Shown piece after piece: positions 1 through 12,199 of a DNA stretch of 64,000 nucleotides. Numbering within the stretch: position 1 is the stretch's first letter; each line of letters starts with the position of its first letter. The notes beneath the pieces were generated by a model. The model made no database searches and was not told the origin of the DNA. It saw only the letters and a list, made by a program, of their open reading frames with translations. The DNA comes from Octopus vulgaris (taxonomy: Eukaryota). The stretch spans positions 10,354,001 to 10,418,000 of the forward strand of contig OX597820.1 of NCBI GenBank assembly GCA_951406725.2, written 5' to 3'. The position numbers and the translations under genes are program-made.

Positions 1-524
1 TTGAAACGCATGAAAGAATATATATTCATATACGTATGTATTCGCAAATTTACATACAAAGACAACCCACTAAGCACATATACATACGTATGTACAAGTT
101 TCGTAATGCAGACAAGAAAATAGGGCTCAAAACATCAACCACTGCCCAAAACTCTCAGTCCTTTATACGAAAAATGCGTCCAACCCACAGACAAAACAGC
201 AATCGACCCAAGATCTTATGAACATGAACCAACATCTTAAACACTACTCCACAAACTGTTATTAGCTGTCTTTAATATTAAGTTCTATAATTGCCGCAGA
301 AACATTAATATTAATATAAATAAATGTTGCATTTAAATTGCTCGCAGTAATTGAGATAAATTACTTTTTGGAAAGCATCTTCGATGTTCTTTAACCTAAA
401 GAGTATTTTGCAAAATTGATGTAATTTTATTTTCTATTAATTTCAAATGAAGTAAAGGATCAACCATCAGCAGGAAAAAAAAAATTGATAATGAACTTGT
501 TTACATCTTAAGTCCAAACAACTG

Positions 525-686
525 GGGGGAAAATGGCGATTGGTAAAAAGTTTGCTTCGCAATCACATGGTTCCGGGTTCAGTACCAATGCGCGGCATCT
601 TCGGCGAGTTTCTTCTACCATAGCTTCAGGCAGTCCAAAGCTTTGTTCTTGGATTTAGTGGGCGAAAACTGGAAGAAATCCATCGC

Positions 687-770
<84 letters not shown>

Positions 771-1325
771 GTATACATACATATAGTAATATAGTTAGTA
801 GCTAATTAAGCACATGGGATACACCTGGTAGTCTGTCGGTAAAGCACGTTTGGGGCCTTGGGCTAGCTGTAGCCCACCGCAGTATTATGTCACTGGATCT
901 AGCTCAGGAAATCCTCAGTGTTCGTCGAATATGTAATTAATAAGTTTTATAATAGAAGATATATATGTATACATATGTGTGTCTTTGTGTTTGTGTGTGT
1001 ACCCCACCACCGCTTAACAACGTCTCCGTATCTTAGTTCGGCAAAAGACATCGATAGAAAAAGTGTGAGTCTTAAAAGAACAATTAAAATCTACTTGGAT
1101 CGATTTGCTCTACTAAACTCTTCAAGACGGTGGTGCCCCCGACATGGTCGCAATCCAATAACTGAAAGAAGTAAAAGAGAAATCACGCAAGCTTGCTTAT
1201 CAACCATATGGTTCCGGGTTCAGTCCCACTGCGTGGCACCTTAGGCAAGTGTTTTCTACTATAGCCTCGGGCCGACAAAAGCCTTGTGAGTGGATTAGTT
1301 AGACGGAGGCTGAAACAAGCCTGTC

Positions 1326-1327
<2 letters not shown>
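525..1327 (+). mobile_element. Diverged family C SINE with expanded internal (TA)n/(GATA)n plus insert, followed by a second head
   Basis: Head 525-688, tail 970-1180, second head 1185-1327. More fragments at ~2090-2580, 3135-3660, 3960-4178, 9405-9640, 26910-27140, 50255-50605. Confidence 0.7.
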
Positions 1328-1392
<65 letters not shown>

Positions 1393-1416
1393 AAGGTTTG
1401 GCACTGGTATTATATA

Positions 1417-1638
1417 TTAGAAAATATGAGATACTCAGAAATCTGAATGATTGTATATTTACAGATATTTATTAGTGTTACATGTTTTATAAATCATATA
1501 TCATATATTAGTGCTTTCCTCCACTCTAGTGGAATCTTCAGTCCACTAGAGTGGACGAAAGCGCTATTATTTATATGATTTATAAAAACATGTATCATAC
1601 TGATAACCATCCAGATTTCTGAGTAACTCATTTTTTTC

Positions 1639-1641
<3 letters not shown>
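1417..1641. repeat. Imperfect inverted repeat between microsatellites (PLE-terminus-like)
   Basis: ttagaaaatatgagatactcagaaatctg...cagatttctgagtaactcattttttttctaa. Confidence 0.8.
1508..1566. ncRNA. Back-to-back partial hammerhead motifs at the centre of an inverted repeat
   Basis: Minus: CTGAAGA-t-TCCACT-ag-AGTGGA-g-GAAA-GCAC-TA. Plus: TCCACT-ag-AGTGGA-c-GAAA-GCGC-TA. Confidence 0.65.
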
Positions 1642-1735
<94 letters not shown>

Positions 1736-2176
1736 CTTCATTTCCATACACGCCAGCTTAATTTAATTCGTCCTTAGTCGAAAGACACCTGTTGTTAATG
1801 TCGTGTTGTTTGCATTTGTATTTGTGTAACATTTCTCCGCTTTTTCCGTCTTTCTTTTTGTATACATTCGCAGGTTTCTTCCAAGGAATCCTGTGCTCTT
1901 AGCTTAGATTTTTCTTGGGGCTGGCCGGATTGGAGCAGTCTCGAATATAACCAGCCGAAACTGCTGAGAAGATCTGGAACTCGACTGACGATGGAAAACT
2001 CCGAATGACCCGTCCTTGTTTTTTCTTTCCCTTTTTGTATTCTTTTTTCTTAATATATACATGGTGCCGCGTACGTACACTTTAGGTCTCTTATACATGT
2101 GTGTGTGTGTGTGTTTGTGTATTTGTATATGTATATGGTTATGTGTCTTTGTTTGTCCCCCAATATTGCTTGACAA

Positions 2177-2407
2177 GGTGGCGAGCTGGCAGAATCGTTA
2201 GCACGCCGGGCGAAATGCTTAGCGGTATTTCGTCTCCCGTTACGTTCTGAGTTCAAATTCCGCCGAGGTCGACTTTGCCTTTCGTCCTTTCGGGGTCGAT
2301 TAAATGAGTACCAGTTACGCACTGGGGTCGATATAATCGACTTAATCCCTTTATCTGTCCTCGTTTGTCTCCTCTATGTTTAGCCCCTTGTGGGCAATAA
2401 AGAAATA
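2177..2407 (+). mobile_element. SINE family A (tRNA-like head, Meta/MESC-like core gcctttcatcctttcggggtcgat), monomer nested in a family C SINE
   Basis: TSD aatattgcttgacaa at 2162-2176 and 2408-2422. Confidence 0.9.
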
Positions 2408-2957
2408 AATATTGCTTGACAAGCGATGCTGGTGCGTTTACGTCACCGTAACTTAGCAATTCGGCAAAAGTGAACAATAGAATAAGTACTAGGCTTACAA
2501 AGAATAAGTCCTGGGTTCGATTTGCGCGACTAAAGGCGGTGATCCAACATAGCGGCAGTCAAATGACTGAAACAAATAATATTAGAAAATTGATACGTAA
2601 AGTACCGTACCATTCTATTTAATCAGCGCATTTCATTTACGAAACGTCAATGTATTTCCCAGTGCAATAAAGGCAGCGCAAATATCGTCGTTGAAAATTC
2701 AATATTAAAATATTGTCATGAAGAATAACATCCCGAATTGTAAGACTTCTAATTACTTTGTTATGTGTCAAAGAATCCATAGCAATTATGCGAAATAGAA
2801 TTAATAGGCAATTTCGTATTAATAGCAAGAGAGGTGCGTATAAAATTGTATTCCAGAACCAATTAAATTGTCAGCATCATTATTACTTATTGTAATTGTA
2901 ACAATTAGCATTTCAGAAGTATCAGCTGCTGATATATAAATGACACTTGGGGATTCA

Positions 2958-3032
2958 TTCTTCTTCTTCTTCTTCTTCTTCTTCTTCTTCTTCTTCTTCT
3001 TCTTCTTCTTCTTCTTCTTCTTCTTCTTCTTC

Positions 3033-3126
<94 letters not shown>
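2958..3126. repeat. Compound microsatellite (TTC)n(TTA)n
   Basis: Direct reading. Confidence 0.97.
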
Positions 3127-3298
3127 TATATATGGGACAGATTGGGCAGTTTAGTCCGAAGTTTGTTTCACGGCCACATGCTTCCGGGTTCACCCCCACT
3201 TCGTGGAACTTTAGACAAGTGTCTTCTACTAATGCCCCGGGTCGACCAAAGCCTTATGAGAGGAACTGCTTGACGGAAGCTGTAAGAAGTCCATCGTA

Positions 3299-3360
<62 letters not shown>

Positions 3361-3523
3361 TAAATTAGAGATAAAACCACTATTAGGCAAATCAAACAGT
3401 GAAAAACATAAGCCAATACATAAAATTAATTTTAAAATATAAAAGTTTAAAAAATTATTTAAATAATCTAAACTTATTAATTTCGATTTATTCCCTAATA
3501 TTATTATTATTAATTTATATATA

Positions 3524-3596
<73 letters not shown>

Positions 3597-3653
3597 GTGC
3601 GTGTGCTCCAGCAGAGCCGCAGTCAAATGACTGAAGCAGGTAAAAGAATAAAA

Positions 3654-3721
<68 letters not shown>

Positions 3722-3777
3722 CAAAGTGGAGTTGTAGATACGAAAGGTTTGAAAATGCAATTTAAAAAGATGTTTAT

Positions 3778-3822
3778 TTACTTTACCGGTTTCACTCTTT
3801 AGAAAAAGATTGTCAAAAGTAA
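3778..3822 (-). ncRNA. Degenerate hammerhead motif
   Basis: TTACTT-TTGACAA-TCTTT-ttct-AAAGA-gt-GAAA-CCGG-TA-AAGTAA. Stems intact; core has two substitutions. Confidence 0.5.
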
Positions 3823-4483
3823 CATGTAAAAGTTTGGTTGTGTTAATTATTGGTTGTCACAAAATGCTACAATACATATATACAGTCTTTGGTAACAAGA
3901 ACATGTTAAGGACATAAAAAAGTTTAACAAGTTTATATATATATATATATATATTATTTGCGCGTGCTTGTCGCCCATCACCGCTTCACAACCGATATTC
4001 GTGAGTTTATGTTCCTATAATCTAGAGATACGGGACAAACGACCGATAGGATACGTACCAGGTTTAAAATACAAGTATCGGGGTTGATTCGTTCGACTAA
4101 AAGATTTGTTTTGAAGGCGGTAGCCCAGCATGGCTGCAGTCTAATGCTTGAACCAAGTGAAACAATTAAAGAATAAATGAATTTGAGCCAAGTGATTTTC
4201 ACACATATTTTACAGAGAAATTCTAAAGCCAGACAAATTCTATCAACCGTGTAAATCACCACCACAAATAAAGCATTTATAATCCTTCTTAATATCAGCC
4301 AAATGAAGACATTAATTATTATTACGCTGAACCATTTATAAAGAATCAGACAGCATAGCAGCAGAATATAATGTTGATTGGACATTATTGTAATCGCATT
4401 CACTAGAATCTCTTTTAATGTTAGTACCTGTTGTGTTGTATCGAGTGCATGAGACGCCGCCTTGGGACAAATACTACAGTGGT

Positions 4484-4867
4484 GGAAGCACTCCGTCGGT
4501 TACGACGACGAGGGTTCCGGTTGATCCGAATCAACGGAACAGCCTGCTCGTGAAATTAACGTGTAAGTGGCTGAGCACTCCACAGACACGTGTACCCTTA
4601 ACGTAGTTCTCGGGGATATTCAGCGTGACACAGAGAGTGACAAGGCCGGCCCTTTGAAATACAGGTACAACAGAAACAGGAAGTAAGAGTGAGAGAAAGT
4701 TGTGGTGAAAGAGTAAAGCAGGGATCACCACCATCCCCTGCCGGAGCCTCGTGGAGCTTTAGGTGTTTTCGCTCAATAAACACTCACAACGCCCGGTCTG
4801 GGAATCGAAACCGCGATCCTATGACCGCGAGTCCTCTGCCCTAACCACTGGGCCATTGCGCCTCCAC
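4484..4867 (-). mobile_element. SINE family B (tRNA-Arg-like head), full length
   Basis: Head ggaggcgcaatggcccagtggttagggc..gactcgcggtc..gtttcgattcc; tail ccctcgtcgtcgtaaccgacggagtgc. Confidence 0.85.
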
Positions 4868-5305
4868 TAAATACTACAGCCTATCGACAATGTTATACGT
4901 TCGTTCAAATTTTCGCACAAGGTCAGCAAGCTTGTCCCTAGTGTTCAAGTGGTATTTATCTTATATCTTATCGACGCCGATAGGATGGAAGCTGAAGTTG
5001 GTTTCGCCGTAATTTGAAATCTGAGCGTAAAGATGGTTGATATGTCGCTAAGTATTTCGTCCAGCATGCTAACGGTTGTGCCAGCTCGCTGCTTTCAGAC
5101 GTTTCATAAATATTGGTTTCGAATTTTGGCGCAGGATCAGCAAGCTCGGTGGTGTTGGGGCAAATCGGTTACAGCGACCCCAGTGTTACGTATTTTAGCG
5201 ATGCCGACAGGATGAAAGGTAAAGGTCGCCGGTTTCGCCGGACTTTGAACTCAGGTCGCAAAGACGGATGAAATGCCGTTAAGCATTTTGTCCGGCATGA
5301 ATGTG

Positions 5306-5870
5306 ACATCAACCTCATGCTGATATGAAATTATTTGAAGAATGTTTTCACGAACCCCTCCTTGTATTTGTACCAAGGTTGTTTCGGATTTGACAATCCT
5401 CAGTTCACCAGAATTATGGAGAAGAGTCTTCTCAGCTGCAAAGGAGACTGGCATATTCGTGTCTTTCTCAGAGTGTGCGTCATCTTCAAGAAGACCCCCT
5501 GAGATGGCGAGGCTGGTGTCATGTTTGTCATGGCACCTGAGATGGCAAGGTTGGTGATATGTTAGACATACTGTGTTGTCAACCGTACGTAAGACAGTAA
5601 ATAATCTGAGTCCCTTGACATGGTGTAAAAGAAGCCTTAAATGTATTTCTTTACTACCCACAAGGGGCTAAACACAGAGGGGACAAACAAGGACAGACAA
5701 ACGGATCAAGTCGATTTACATCGACCCGAGCGTGTCACTGGTACTTAAGTCGACCTCGGCGGAATTTGAACTCAGAACGTAACGGCAGACGAAATACGGC
5801 TATGCATTTCGCCTGGTGTGCTAACGTTTCTGAAGCCTTAAATGGTAGCACTCTGAGTAACACTGGAGAC
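5306..5870 (-). pseudogene. Helitron RepHel fragment interrupted by a SINE
   Basis: SECYHLRLLLHHVKG..LRTVD..VC..GLLEDDAH and, in a shifted frame, QSPLQLRRLFSIILVN*GLSNPKQPWYKYKE. The SINE at 5644-5831 has TSD gaagccttaaatg (5631-5643, 5832-5844). Confidence 0.8.
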
Positions 5871-6065
5871 AAATTCGACGCCTTCCTTGTAAGAATGGTT
5901 ATTTACGGATGCAGAAATACATCGATACAGATTGTAAACACTGAAAGCTCGCTGACTTAACACTGCCTATACATTACATATTCTATATAGGTTATTTTTG
6001 TTCCCTATTTTCAAGTAAAATCTTTGATGTATAGCATTCTATTGTAAATACACAATGGTGAAGCC

Positions 6066-6770
6066 AAGTGGCTTAGTGGTTAGGATATTGTAGTTAGCTT
6101 CACACGTTTGTGAGTTCGATACCTGCCGATACATTGTGTCCGTGAGGAAGACAGTTTATTTCACGTTGCTCCAGTTCACTCAACTGGCTAAAACGAGGGG
6201 CACTTATATATCAAAGAGCCAGCCTTGCCACATTACGTGTCACGCTGGATCTCCTTGACAACTACACTAGCAGTATCGCCTGGCGTTGCTCGGGTTTGTT
6301 TCGACTCTTTAGAATTTGAACTATTGAAAAGTAAAAATTTTGCATTATGTAGCTTGTTATTCTCTTGAAATGAACATTTTTCTGGTTGAAATACACCGAA
6401 AGATGGCGACACAGCAGTAAAAAAACCGTAAAAAAAATAGGGATTTTCAGAGAAAAAAGGGACCTTTTTGATGTAAATAATTTTTGGTGTTAACATGGTC
6501 CGATTCGAATTTTATCTTCTACGGAAGGAAAAGCAAGCCTTCTTCTATCATACTCTCAATTTTGGTCAACTTGCGCCGCAGGGTCTCGGGGAAGATAGTA
6601 TTAATTGAAAGCTACCAAACCTGCCACACAGAGACAACGTCAGCTTTATATATATAGATTAAGGGTACACGTGTCTGTGGACAGTTCACCCATTTGTACG
6701 TTAATTTCACGAGCAGGCTGTTCTGTTGATAGGATCAACTGGAACCCTCGTCGTCATAACCGACGGAGTC
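6066..6770 (+). mobile_element. tRNA-SINE with V/CORE-like domain and family B tail, split by a Helitron
   Basis: Homologous to 54626-54945 once 6267-6658 is removed. Confidence 0.75.
6267..6658 (-). mobile_element. Non-autonomous Helitron
   Basis: On the minus strand: 5' TC, 3' CTAG, subterminal GC hairpin CCCGAGCAACGCCAGG. Inserted between A and T with no TSD inside a SINE (actaca|ttaagggtacac). Confidence 0.85.
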
Positions 6771-7227
6771 TTGATTTGTTTTTGTTTTATTATACAACGA
6801 GGCCATCATTTATGCCACCTTCACAATCATCCAATACAAAATACTGCAAAACAGTCATGGTTCAATGCAGAATGTCGTAAGCACCAATGAAAAGCGCGAC
6901 ACACCTCCGTGCTTCTTACGAGTAAGCAACACGAAACCCGCAAAACCTCGATTTACCTATTGTGCACTGGTTCCAGGACCTCAAAGCATTATTGGACGAG
7001 ATCGCATGGCGTAATTTGTTCGTGGATGTTTGAATAAATATGATTTAACAATTCTTTGTTTCCCGTCGTCATTGTGGATTTAGTTGAAAAGCGTTGAAAG
7101 GTGGCATAACAATGTGACCACCCAAGCTGAATTCGTAAATCAGAAGTAGTGACTATCAAATAATGTTGGCCTTAAAAATATTTCCATGATTATTGTTTTT
7201 TTTATTACTCTTTTTGATATTTTGTTC

Positions 7228-7304
7228 ATGATGATGATGATGATGATGACGTTGTTTATGTGGTGGTGGTGGTGGTTGTTGTTGGTCTTCTTCTTCTTCT
7301 TCTT

Positions 7305-7365
<61 letters not shown>

Positions 7366-7565
7366 CTGTGCTTGTTATTGTTCTTGTTCTTCGTTTTCTT
7401 CTTCTTCTTCTTCTCCTTATTCTTCTTGCTCTTCTTGTTCTTCACCTCTACCTTCTACCCATCCTCCTACTCCTTTTCCGTCCTCCTCCTCCTCCTCCTC
7501 ATCATCATCATCCACATTATTCTCATCACCATCATCATCATCATCATCATCATTACTATTACTGC
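7228..7565. repeat. Compound trinucleotide microsatellite (ATG/GGT/TTC/TAC/CCT/ATC)
   Basis: Direct reading. Confidence 0.95.
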
Positions 7566-8120
7566 TGCTTGCTGGAAGAGATGTTGTGTTTCGGTATATT
7601 GACACAGTCTTACATTTGTTACCGAACGTTCTGCGTAAGATACATACCCCAGGGCTAACAGCGATAACCACCGTGATCATAGAAACGGCAATAAAACCGT
7701 TTCACATGACTCGGATCGGAACGTTGGAGAATAACAGCTGAATACATTATGAAAGCAAAAAGTCAATCCGAAAGTTACATTCACTCATTCGAATCCATGG
7801 GAATTTCTATTCTCTTTCCGTATTTGATTGCTGTAGCAACCCATGTGAACCGTACCTGATATTGCATTTTAAACACGGCAAACATACAAACATAGCACCT
7901 TTTAAAATTCATCACATTCGTGTTATATCACAAGAACAAATAAGTTTACAATGCAATACGGCTAATGGTTCCCTAGAGAAACTTCCAAACATTTTCTCCT
8001 CTCGCAATCACATTCCTCAAATCAAAGATATAATAGGAGATGCGTACTGCTGAAGCGAACCCGAAACAACGCAGCTACAAAGCAAACCCTCTACACCACA
8101 CAACCATGCTTGAACCAAGA

Positions 8121-8568
8121 AGGCGGCGAGCTGGCAGAAACGTTAGCACGCCGGGCGAAATGCTTAGCGGTATTTCGTCTGCCGTTACGTTCTGAGTTCA
8201 AATTCCGCCGAGGTCGACTTTGCCTTTCATCCTTTCGAGGTCGATTAAATAAGTACCAGTTACGCATTGGGGTCGATATAACTGACTTAATCGGTTTGTC
8301 TGTCCTTGTTTGTCCTCTCTGTGTTTAGCCCCTTGTGGGTAGTAAAGAAATATGTATTTCGTCTGCCGTTACGTTCTGAGTTCAAATTCCGCCGAGGTCG
8401 ACTTTGCCTTTCATCCTTTCGGGGTCGATAAATTAAGTACCAGTTACGCACTGGGGTCGATGTAATTTTCTTATTCTCTTTGTGAAACTTTTATCGTTTA
8501 TATTTTATTATTGTCTCTCCTTGTTTGTCCCCTCTATGTTTAGCCCCTTGTGGGTAATAAAGAAATAA
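8121..8568 (+). mobile_element. SINE family A dimer
   Basis: Full unit, then a head-less unit restarting at gtatttcgtctgcc. Confidence 0.85.
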
Positions 8569-8942
8569 GAATGTAAGAATGGTAAATTTATCAAAACAGC
8601 AAACACATGGTTTGGGTTGTCAGATAAATTCCTTCGTGTTTGATTATCTTTTTCGTACATGGCGCTCCATTGTCACATGGCTGGAAAAAAAAAGAAGTAT
8701 TTTTACGTATTTCTAAATCAATAAACAAATCTTGTAGCGGAACAATAGCACTACAAAATCTTATAAAACACTGCGATAAAAATATTTTTCGTGCTAATTC
8801 GAATAGGATTGGAGAGGATTAAAAAGAATCAAATGAATATATCTGACAATCCTGTATATCCACAATAATACAATATAAACGATAAGAGATTCACAAAGAG
8901 AATAAGAAAATTACCGACCGCTATAAATATTCAACAGCAAGT

Positions 8943-9300
8943 GGAGGCGCAATGGCCCAATGGTTAGGGCAGCGGACTCGCGGTCGGAGGATCGCGGTTT
9001 CGATTCCCAGACCGGGCGTTGTGTGTGTTTATTGAGCGAAAACATCTAAAGCTCCACGAAGCTCCGGCAGGGGGTGGTGGCGACCCCTGTTGTACTCTTT
9101 CGCCCCAACTTTCTCTCACTCTTTCTTCCTGTTTCTTGTCCCCGATTTCCTACGCAACCGCTGAGCCTGGATGCGCATTCATCCATCCGTCGATGCTCTC
9201 GGTGTCGGGGGTTGACCTGCTTTCTCTTCTGCGGGTCTTACGAATAGCAAAGGACCAAGTTTCGGACTTCTCCCACTGGATGAAGACCACTACGCTCAAA
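8943..9300 (+). mobile_element. SINE family B head with alternative tail
   Basis: 8943-9135 matches 4867-4675; the sequence after that differs. Confidence 0.8.
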
Positions 9301-9949
9301 AGCAACAGCTATTCAACAGCCAACAATAGTAAACAAGAGCGCAAGCAGAGCCGTAGCCACAGACACGGTTGTGTCGCTCAAACGCTCATTTGAACCCAAG
9401 ATTTTGTGTGTGCATTTGTGTTTGTGTTCGCCCTTTCTCTCTCATCGCCCCCCCTCCTCACACCGCTTGATAATCGGTGTTGGTTTCGTTACGCTTCAGT
9501 AACTTAACGGTTCGGTGACAGACACGATTGGATAAAACTTTTAAATAAGTGCTGGAGTCGCATTTTTCGACTAAATCCTTTAAGGTGGCGTCCCAGCATG
9601 GTCGGAGTCCAATGACTGAAGCGCGAAGGGGATATAAGATAAAAAACCTTTTCATCAACAGGAATAAGAGAAGCTACAGGAGCGAAATTCTTACCATTAA
9701 CGGTAAAACGTTGATGAACAATGGCGAGCAGAACTGTTGCATCTAGACAAGTAATATGCGGATTCCAAATTTTGGCACAAGGAGAGCATCTTCACGGGAG
9801 AGGGGTCAAGTGGATGACATCGACCCCTATCACTCTCACAAATCACATTCGGGTGGGTGTTTCCTCAAATCAAAGATATAATAGGAGATGCGTACTACTG
9901 AAGCGAACACGAAACAACGCAGCTATTCTACTTATTCTATCGACCATCT

Positions 9950-9957
9950 CCTCTTCC

Positions 9958-9988
<31 letters not shown>

Positions 9989-10285
9989 CTTTTTCTTCTT
10001 CTTCTTCTTCTTCTTCTTCATCATCGCCATAATCAATATCTCCTCCTCCTCCTCCTCCTTCTTCTTCTTCTTCTTCTTCTTCTTCTTTCGCTTCTTCTTC
10101 TCCTCCTCCTTCTTCTTCGTCTCCTTCTTCTTCTCCTCCTTCTTCTTCGTCTCCTTCTTCTTCTCCTCCTTCTTCTTCGTCTCCTTCTTCTTCTCTTCCT
10201 TCTTCTTCTTCTTCTTCTTCTTCTTCTTCTTCTTCTTCTTCTTCTTCTTCTTCTTCTTCTTCTTCTTCTTCTTCTTCTTCTTCTT
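9950..10285. repeat. (TTC)n/(TCC)n tract with 30-bp higher-order repeat
   Basis: tcttcttcgtctccttcttcttctcctcct occurs three times at 10111-10200. Confidence 0.95.
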
Positions 10286-10789
10286 GAAGATGATAAATCT
10301 ATTATTGATAAATGTTTTCTTGTTGATGCAGATATCTCTGTTTGTTCTTCCTGAAATTGCTTGCTGCCTGCAAAAGAATTCGGTTAAAATTGTCAGATCT
10401 TTTGAATCACCAACGAGAAAGGGCTACAGCTATTTATTTATTTATCTATTTATTTACTTTATTTATTTATTTATTTATTTATTTCAACACTTCAGGTATA
10501 GAGGGGGTAGTGAGGATGTTCGAGGGGCGAAACAGAAAGTGATGGAAGAAATATATATGTACTATTATGTACGCATGTCATTATTCAGTTTATTTCAAGA
10601 CTTCTTGCCAACAGAGAAAGAACCGGTTTCTAACCTAGATCAAATGTTTCTTCATTGGAATTTCAACATTAACAACGGCATTTTTGTATGTATGTATGTA
10701 TGTATGTATGTATGTATGTATGTATGTATGTATGTATGTATGTATGTTTGGATGGATGGATGGATGGGTGGATGGATGAATGAATGGAT

Positions 10790-11171
10790 GAATTTGTATG
10801 TTTTATGTATGTATTCTCATGCATATAGTTGCATATCTAGACATGCTCATATATATTTAAATGATAAACTTCTGGAAAGTGTTACAGATTTTTACAGTTC
10901 CAGTGATGGATTGGATCTTCGAATTAGTTTTCCCCATTCTGGTTTTCAGAAGCCTATTTTCTCAATATTGGTATTTAGGCAATGTGTTACATATCCCAGC
11001 GCCCCAATAATTACGGGTATAAACCTGAGCTTGTAATCTGGATAGAGTACCTGCAGATTTCTCAATAGTTCAGCATAGGTGTTCGCTTTTCACTGATCTT
11101 CAGCTTTATGTTAACATCCGCTGGGCAGCTAATTTCCACAACTGTGCACAGGCCCTCTTCTCTATCCCAAA
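10790..11171 (-). mobile_element. 3' fragment of a REL-endonuclease LINE embedded in (TATG)n/(TGGA)n
   Basis: Minus strand reads IWDREEGLCTVVEISCPADVNIKLKISEK, frameshift, then YAELLRNLQVLYPDYKLRFIPVIIGALGYV...GTVKICNTFQKFII*. The short 3' UTR runs into (CATA)n/(TCCA)n. Confidence 0.8.
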
Positions 11172-11299
11172 TGTATGTGTATATGTATGTATGTATGTTT
11201 ATATATTCGTTTTGCAAGATTCATGATGTGAGTTGGTGCGTCGAAACAGATTTTGTTGTATGTATGTATGTATGTATGTATGTTTGGATGGATGGATGG

Positions 11300-11450
11300 A
11301 TGGATTTGTATGTTTTATGTATGTGTTCTCATGCATATAGTTGCATATCTAGACATGCTCGTATATATTTAACTGATAAACTTCTGGAAAGTGTTACAGA
11401 TTTTTACAGTTCCAGTGATGGATTGGATCTGTAGTCTTCGAATTAGCTTG
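11300..11450 (-). mobile_element. Second 3'-end copy of the (TATG)n-associated REL LINE
   Basis: Near-identical to 10790-10930, in the same microsatellite array. Confidence 0.8.
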
Positions 11451-11547
11451 GGGATGGTCATGTTGACAGTTTAGCCAATGAAAACAAATGCGCTATAGCA
11501 TTTTTGGTTTTCACTTGCTTCAGCTTATTTCATATTAATTGTATTTC

Positions 11548-11592
11548 GGCCAGAGTTGTTTCGTCACACTTCTGTGACCTCATCAGTGGTCC
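11548..11592 (-). ncRNA. Type I minimal hammerhead motif
   Basis: GGaCCA-CTGATGA-g-GTCAC-agaagt-GTGAC-GAAA-caac-TC-TGGCC. Confidence 0.75.
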
Positions 11593-11759
11593 TTTGCTTT
11601 CTTCTTTCTTTTGTGTGTCTCTCCTTCCTAATAATCTGCCATTTTGCATTTCTCTTGTATGTGTCTTTATTTCCGCATGCGTATATACCTGCATGTGTCT
11701 ATGTTTAGTGTGTGTGTGTGAATGTGTACGGTACCTGAATTATCAGTCTCCCCTAGCAA

Positions 11760-12107
11760 ATAGCTAACTCCATCCACCAGAGCATAAAGTTACGATAGAC
11801 TACTCTACGAAACACCCTAACCATAGACTACCAGTACTAGATACAGAACTCTGGCTTGAAACTGTGAATGATAAAACCCAAATCCTCCATTCACACTATG
11901 CCGAACCTATGGCCTCCAAATACCTGATCCACCGGAACGCAGCTATCGTGAACAATGCCAAATTCAATATATTAATGGCAGACCTCATCAGAATAATAGA
12001 AATGCGTCCCGCATGTGCGACCCTACAGAGGTGAACTAACACATACAACACTTCGTTCACGGCATGCAGTTCACAGGATACAGCCATAGAGAAAGCAACA
12101 GAGTATA
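11760..12107 (+). pseudogene. Decayed Penelope-like element RT C-terminal/thumb fragment (Naiad-like)
   Basis: Manual translation with 2 frameshifts and a stop: IANSIHQSI/VTIDYSTKHPNHRLPVLDTELW...ILHSHYAEPMASKYLIHRNAAI...ADLIRI/NASRMCD...HIQHFVHGMQFTGYS. This fits the PLE pattern LPxLD, YxKP, L..SGY. Confidence 0.7.
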
Positions 12108-12199
12108 GGAATGGTATTTGCCCATCAACGAAAATGTGAGAGAAGATATAAGATAACAGAATAAAGGGCGCGATAGACTCAGGTCCAGAGTTCAGATCG

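Noticed and set aside
8943-9015. tRNA-Arg-like sequence (also 4795-4867, 37884-37955) and the tRNA-like head at 24695-24760
   Set aside because: Acceptor stems do not close and the sequences continue into SINE bodies; these are SINE heads, not tRNA genes.
9888-11036. 382-aa ORF and the many YI/CV/HT/poly-F/poly-Y ORFs across the track
   Set aside because: Translations of microsatellites and antisense TE fragments; no protein-like content.
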